DNA from: Azolla caroliniana
Lineage: Eukaryota > Plantae > Polypodiophyta
Length of the DNA stretch: 64,000 nucleotides
Assembly: GCA_043228905.1 (NCBI GenBank)
Contig: JBHGNT010000017.1
Location: 9,548,001-9,612,000, forward strand
Direction: 5' to 3'
In this document: positions 59,462 to 64,000 of the stretch, piece by piece
How the letters are laid out: every line of letters begins with the position of its first letter
How positions within the stretch are numbered: position 1 is the first letter of the stretch
Made by a program: the position numbers and the translations under genes
The notes under the pieces: model-generated
Database searches by the model: none
Told to the model about the DNA's origin: nothing
The model's input: the letters and a program-made list of their open reading frames with translations, nothing else

Positions 59462-62400
59462 ACCTCCAGCCTACTTGTCACTCTCCCTCATCCTCCTACC
59501 CTTTTCCCTATACTATGGCTACTGTTAGCGCCCACGAATACCAATCCATTTTCTCCGAGCTACAGTGCCTAAAAGAAAAGTTTGTTGCCCTGGAACAAGA
59601 AAACCAACGGCTGATAGGGGATCTGCAACAAATCGCTCTAGAAAAACAACAAACGCAACAACAACATGGGGAGTTAGCGTTACGGGTAAAACAACTCGAA
59701 GCAGCGTTGCAACAATAAGGATCAAGTCCCCAAGGATTTCATAAAGAGCCCAAGATTGGACTTCCTGTGAAATTTGATGGAACGCATTCGCAATTCCGGG
59801 GATTCCTTAATAAGGTACGCTTAGTCATCCAGATGCATCCTTCCCGATATCCCACTGATGCATCTCGAGTCGGCCTAATAGGCATGCTACTTAGCGGCTC
59901 AGCCTTGGCATGGTTCGCTCCGCTTCTAGAAAAACAATTGCCCTTGCTTAATAACTTTGAAGATTTTATTGGTGAGTTTAAAGCCTGCTTTGGAGACACC
60001 GATAACATCAGGACGGCGATCAACAAGATCCAGCGATTGCGTCAAGGCGATCATCCAGCCTCTGCCTACGCGGCGGATTTCCGCCTACTTGCTTCAGATA
60101 TACCCTAGGATGATCAAGCACTAATGGAGCAGTTTCGCTATGGCTTGCGAAACGATGTCAAAGATCTACTTCTAACTTTCCCCGAAGAACCAAAGTCTCT
60201 TACGGAGGCAATCAGTCGAGCGGTTCGATGTGACAACCGCCTTTTCGAACGGCGTTCAGAACGTCAATTACAGATACCACGCTCTAGGCCGGAGCCCACT
60301 TACGCCGCAGTCGCGGCTAAACCGTTTGCACGAGACATACCTCAAGCAAATACTTCGACACCGATGGAGATCGATACCATGCGTCGATGCGGCCCGTTAT
60401 CGGAAGAAGAAAAGCAACGACGATGTGCCAATCGATTATGTCTTTATTGCGGTGGACCAGGACATATCGCCATCAATTGTCCCCATAGGCCAAGAAGACA
60501 GGTAAATCAAATCGTCGCATGTACTAAACCCAAGTCAATTCTTCCCTTCGGAGTGTCTGATAGTATTAATAGTACTAATAAAGTGTCAGATAGTATTCAT
60601 AGTACTAATAGCCCAAGTATCTCAAATAAATTTGAAATCCTTAGTCAATTAGACGAAGAGTTAAACGATTGAGTCCAGCCAAAATAGGAGCCGTTTGGTT
60701 GGACAACAGCTAGATCTGTACAGCCCATTAGTGGTTCCATTCCTTCCAAGCAAGTTAGCAATGTGTTCCTAGCCCAAGTCATTGTTAGTACTAAAAGTAC
60801 TCCCCCAGTACCCGTCCTAGCACTTTTAGATTCCAGAGCTAATTCCTATTTCATGGATCGAAATTTTGCCCAAGCTTCTCGGATATCCTTAAGAAAACTT
60901 CCTTGTCCCGCATCTGTATTGGTCATTGATGGTCGTCCCATTGCTTCCGGGAATATTGTAGAAGAATCAGAACCCATTCAAGTTGTCCTAGGTAGTTTTG
61001 TGTGTATAATATCATTTAATATAATTAGTAGTCCAGAGCATCCCATTGTCCTAGGATTACCTTGGCTTGAATTACATAATCCAGCCATAGATTGGAGAAC
61101 AAGAGAAGTTCAATATCGACCACCCCAAGAATCAACTCACCGAGTTTCGACCATTTCACTCCATCAACTACGCGAAGAAGGACCCAAGGAGGCAATGTTC
61201 CTATTTGCCATATCAGTACATCCTTCCAGCACTATTAAGAAGGACTCCTTAGTACAACTTCCGGCAAAATATCATCCTTATGTAGATGTATTTGACAAGG
61301 TAAAAGCCGGTACCCTTCCTCATCACCGTCCCTATGACTGTCCCATCGATTTACAACCAGGAACCGAGCCACCATGGGGACCAATTTACAACTTGTCACC
61401 CACCGAGTTAGAAGTCCTTCGAGCCTACATAGAGGAGAACTTGGCAAGCGGGTTCATCCGTCATTCGAAATCTCCGGCCGGTGCACCCATCTTCTTTGTC
61501 AAGAAGAAAGGTGGCTCACTTCGTCTTGTCGTTGATTACCGCGGATTGAATAAAGTCACCATCCGGAATAGGTATGCACTTCCTCTTATATCAAGTCTTT
61601 TAGAGCGAGTTAATGGTGCCAAGTTTTTTACTAAAATCGACCTACGAGGAGCGTATAATCTCGTGCGGATCCGACCGGGAGATGAGTGGAAGACCGCCTT
61701 TCGCACGCGGTATGGGCATTTCGAGTATACTGTTATGCCGTTTGGCCTAACCAATGCACCCGTAGTCTTCCAACACATGGAAAATGATATATTCAAAGAC
61801 CTCTTGGATATCTGTTTGATCATTTATCTGGATGATCTATTGATTTATTCGAAGACCCAGGAAGAGCACGATTCTCATGTACTATTAGTACTAAAGCGAC
61901 TCCGCGAGAATGGTTTTTATGCCAAGCTAGAAAAATGTAGCTTTGACTGCAAGCAAGTGGAATTTCTAGGCTACGTCATCTCCTCAAAGGGCATCGCCAT
62001 GGATCCAGCTAAAATCCAAACTGTACTAGAGTGGCAAATTCCACGGTCGGTACGAGATGTACAATGTTTTCTAGGTTTTGCTAACTTCTACCGTAAGTTT
62101 ATACAGGATTACTCGAAGATTATTTTACCTCTCACACAACTCACGAAGAAGGGCCAAGCATTTCTTTGGTCCATAGAAGCAGATATGGCTTTTCGGCATC
62201 TTAAGAAAGCCTTTACATCAGCACCGATTCTAGCTCATGTGGATACAAGCAAACCATTCATCATGGAGGCCGATGCATCAGATTTCGCCCTCGGTAGCAT
62301 CCTTTCTCAACAAGGCGATAAAGAAGACTTGCATCCAGTGGCTTTCCATTTGCGCAAATTCGATGTCGCAGAAATCAACTACGAAATACATGACCAGGAG

Positions 62401-64000
62401 TTATTAGCCATCATGGATTCATTTGTACAATGGAGGCATTTCTTAGAGGGCTCTCCACATCAGGTCATTGTCTTTAGCAATCATATAAATCTTGCTTATT
62501 TTCAGAACGCTCGTGTACTAAATCGACGGCAAGCTGGGTGAGCGCAATTCCTCACCCGTTTCGACTTCAAAATCACATATCGACCGGGGAAGCAGCAAGG
62601 AAAAGTAGATGCACTATCATGGCATTCATATCTTGCACCTCGTCTTGGTGACGCAACATTTGATAATCAAAAGCAAGTAATCTTGGGACCAACACGATTG
62701 CACACGACGCGGATTTTTCACACCTCGATGGATTCACGGATTACCGATGACATACGTGCAACCTTGAAGACGGATAGTTTTGCTCAAGACATCCTGGCGC
62801 ACATTGATACTTCTCGGGCATCCTGTTCTCAGTCTCAACAACCAGGTATTGACTACCGACAATTCGAATATCATGATGGATTGTTATTCTTTAAAAAGCG
62901 CGTATATGTCCCCGATTGCTCCTGTCGTCTTCAAATCGTCCAACATTGTCACGACACCCATACGGCGGGACATTTCGGTAGTACTAAGACGTTGGAGCTA
63001 GTGCAGCGATCTTTTTGGTGGCCCCACATGCGCCGTTTTGTCGACGACTACGTTCAGACCTGTGGTGCTTGCTACCGAGCAAAGATGCCACGACACCATC
63101 CATATGGCTTGTTGGAACCTTTACCGATTCCAAGTAAGCCATGGCAATCTATTTGTCTTGATTTTATCACAGATCTGCCGGTCTCGAAGGGGTTCGATGC
63201 TATCCTAACCGTCGTCGATCGATATACGAAGATGGCACATTTTGTGCCATGTACTAAAGCCATCACTAGCGAGGAAACCGTTGCTCTTGTTATGCGTGAG
63301 GTATTTCGGCATCATGGCCTCCCAGACAGTATTATCAGTGATTGAGGCCCGCAATTTGTCTCCAAATTTTGGCAGCATCTCCTCAAGATGCTCAAGGTCT
63401 CCTGCAACCTCTCCTCCGGCTACCATCCTCCGACCGATGGACAGGCGGAACGAACAAACCAAACGCTGGAGCAATATCTCCGGTGTTTCCTGAGTTATCA
63501 ACAGGACGATTGGGCCGAGATTCTCCACTTTGCAGAGTTTGCGTATAATAATGTCATTCACTCCTCGACTCGGGTCTCCCCATTTTTCGCTTATACCGGT
63601 TTCCATCCTCGCTGGTCGGTGATCGACACTCCGGAGCTACCTACCAACCCTCGTGCCGAGGATCATTTGGAGAGGCTACGCAAGATCCAGATGGATCTCT
63701 CTACTCACCTTCGTCATGCTCAACACACACAGAAGACTTATGCGGATCGTCATCAGATTCTCTCCTCTTTTGCCATCGGAGATCGAGTATGGCTCTTACG
63801 TCGTCACATCAAGACTACTCGACCGTGCGACAAGTTGGATTATCGACGACTCGGTCCTTTCCGTATTACGGGGAAGATTAATGATGTCACCTTCCGCCTT
63901 GATCTCCCTCCGCAGCTTCAGATACATCCGGTTTTCCATTGTTCTCTTCTTGAACCTTATAAAGCAAACACCATTCCCGATCGTGTGACACCACCGCCGC

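Larger units (their letters stand above)
59004..64000 (+). mobile_element. Tcn1-like chromovirus (5' LTR 59004-59447, gag, pol), running off the window
   Basis: gag from ATG 59515 with LCLYCGGPGHIAINC; RT PPWGPIYNLS, SPAGAPIFFVKKK, YLDD; RNase H EADASD; integrase HHCC and LDFITDLP; premature stops. Confidence 0.9.

Overview
This is plant nuclear heterochromatin-type DNA made almost entirely of nested LTR retrotransposons. The Tcn1-like chromoviruses and a primer site matching plant tRNA-Trp suggest a non-seed land plant (inference). I resolve at least seven families. Gypsy-A (tRNA-Trp primer, 4-bp TSD, FLDD RT) has one apparently intact young copy at 36795-44151, three decayed copies and extra LTRs. 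Gypsy-B carries an extra 3' ORF. There are also Tcn1-like chromoviruses, another chromodomain gypsy, and three copia families (C, D, E). No intact host gene is present. Main findings: (1) a -1 frameshift site plus pseudoknot conserved with compensatory changes in three Gypsy-A copies; (2) antisense tRNA-like A/B-box modules inside LTRs of two unrelated gypsy lineages; (3) a co-oriented mosaic of captured importin-alpha, MCM4 and Hsp70 fragments at about 30.4-31.3 kb; (4) a Tf1-type self-priming site; (5) conserved accessory ORFs in Gypsy-B and Copia-C. All calls were made by eye without database searches, and the family letters are my own labels.
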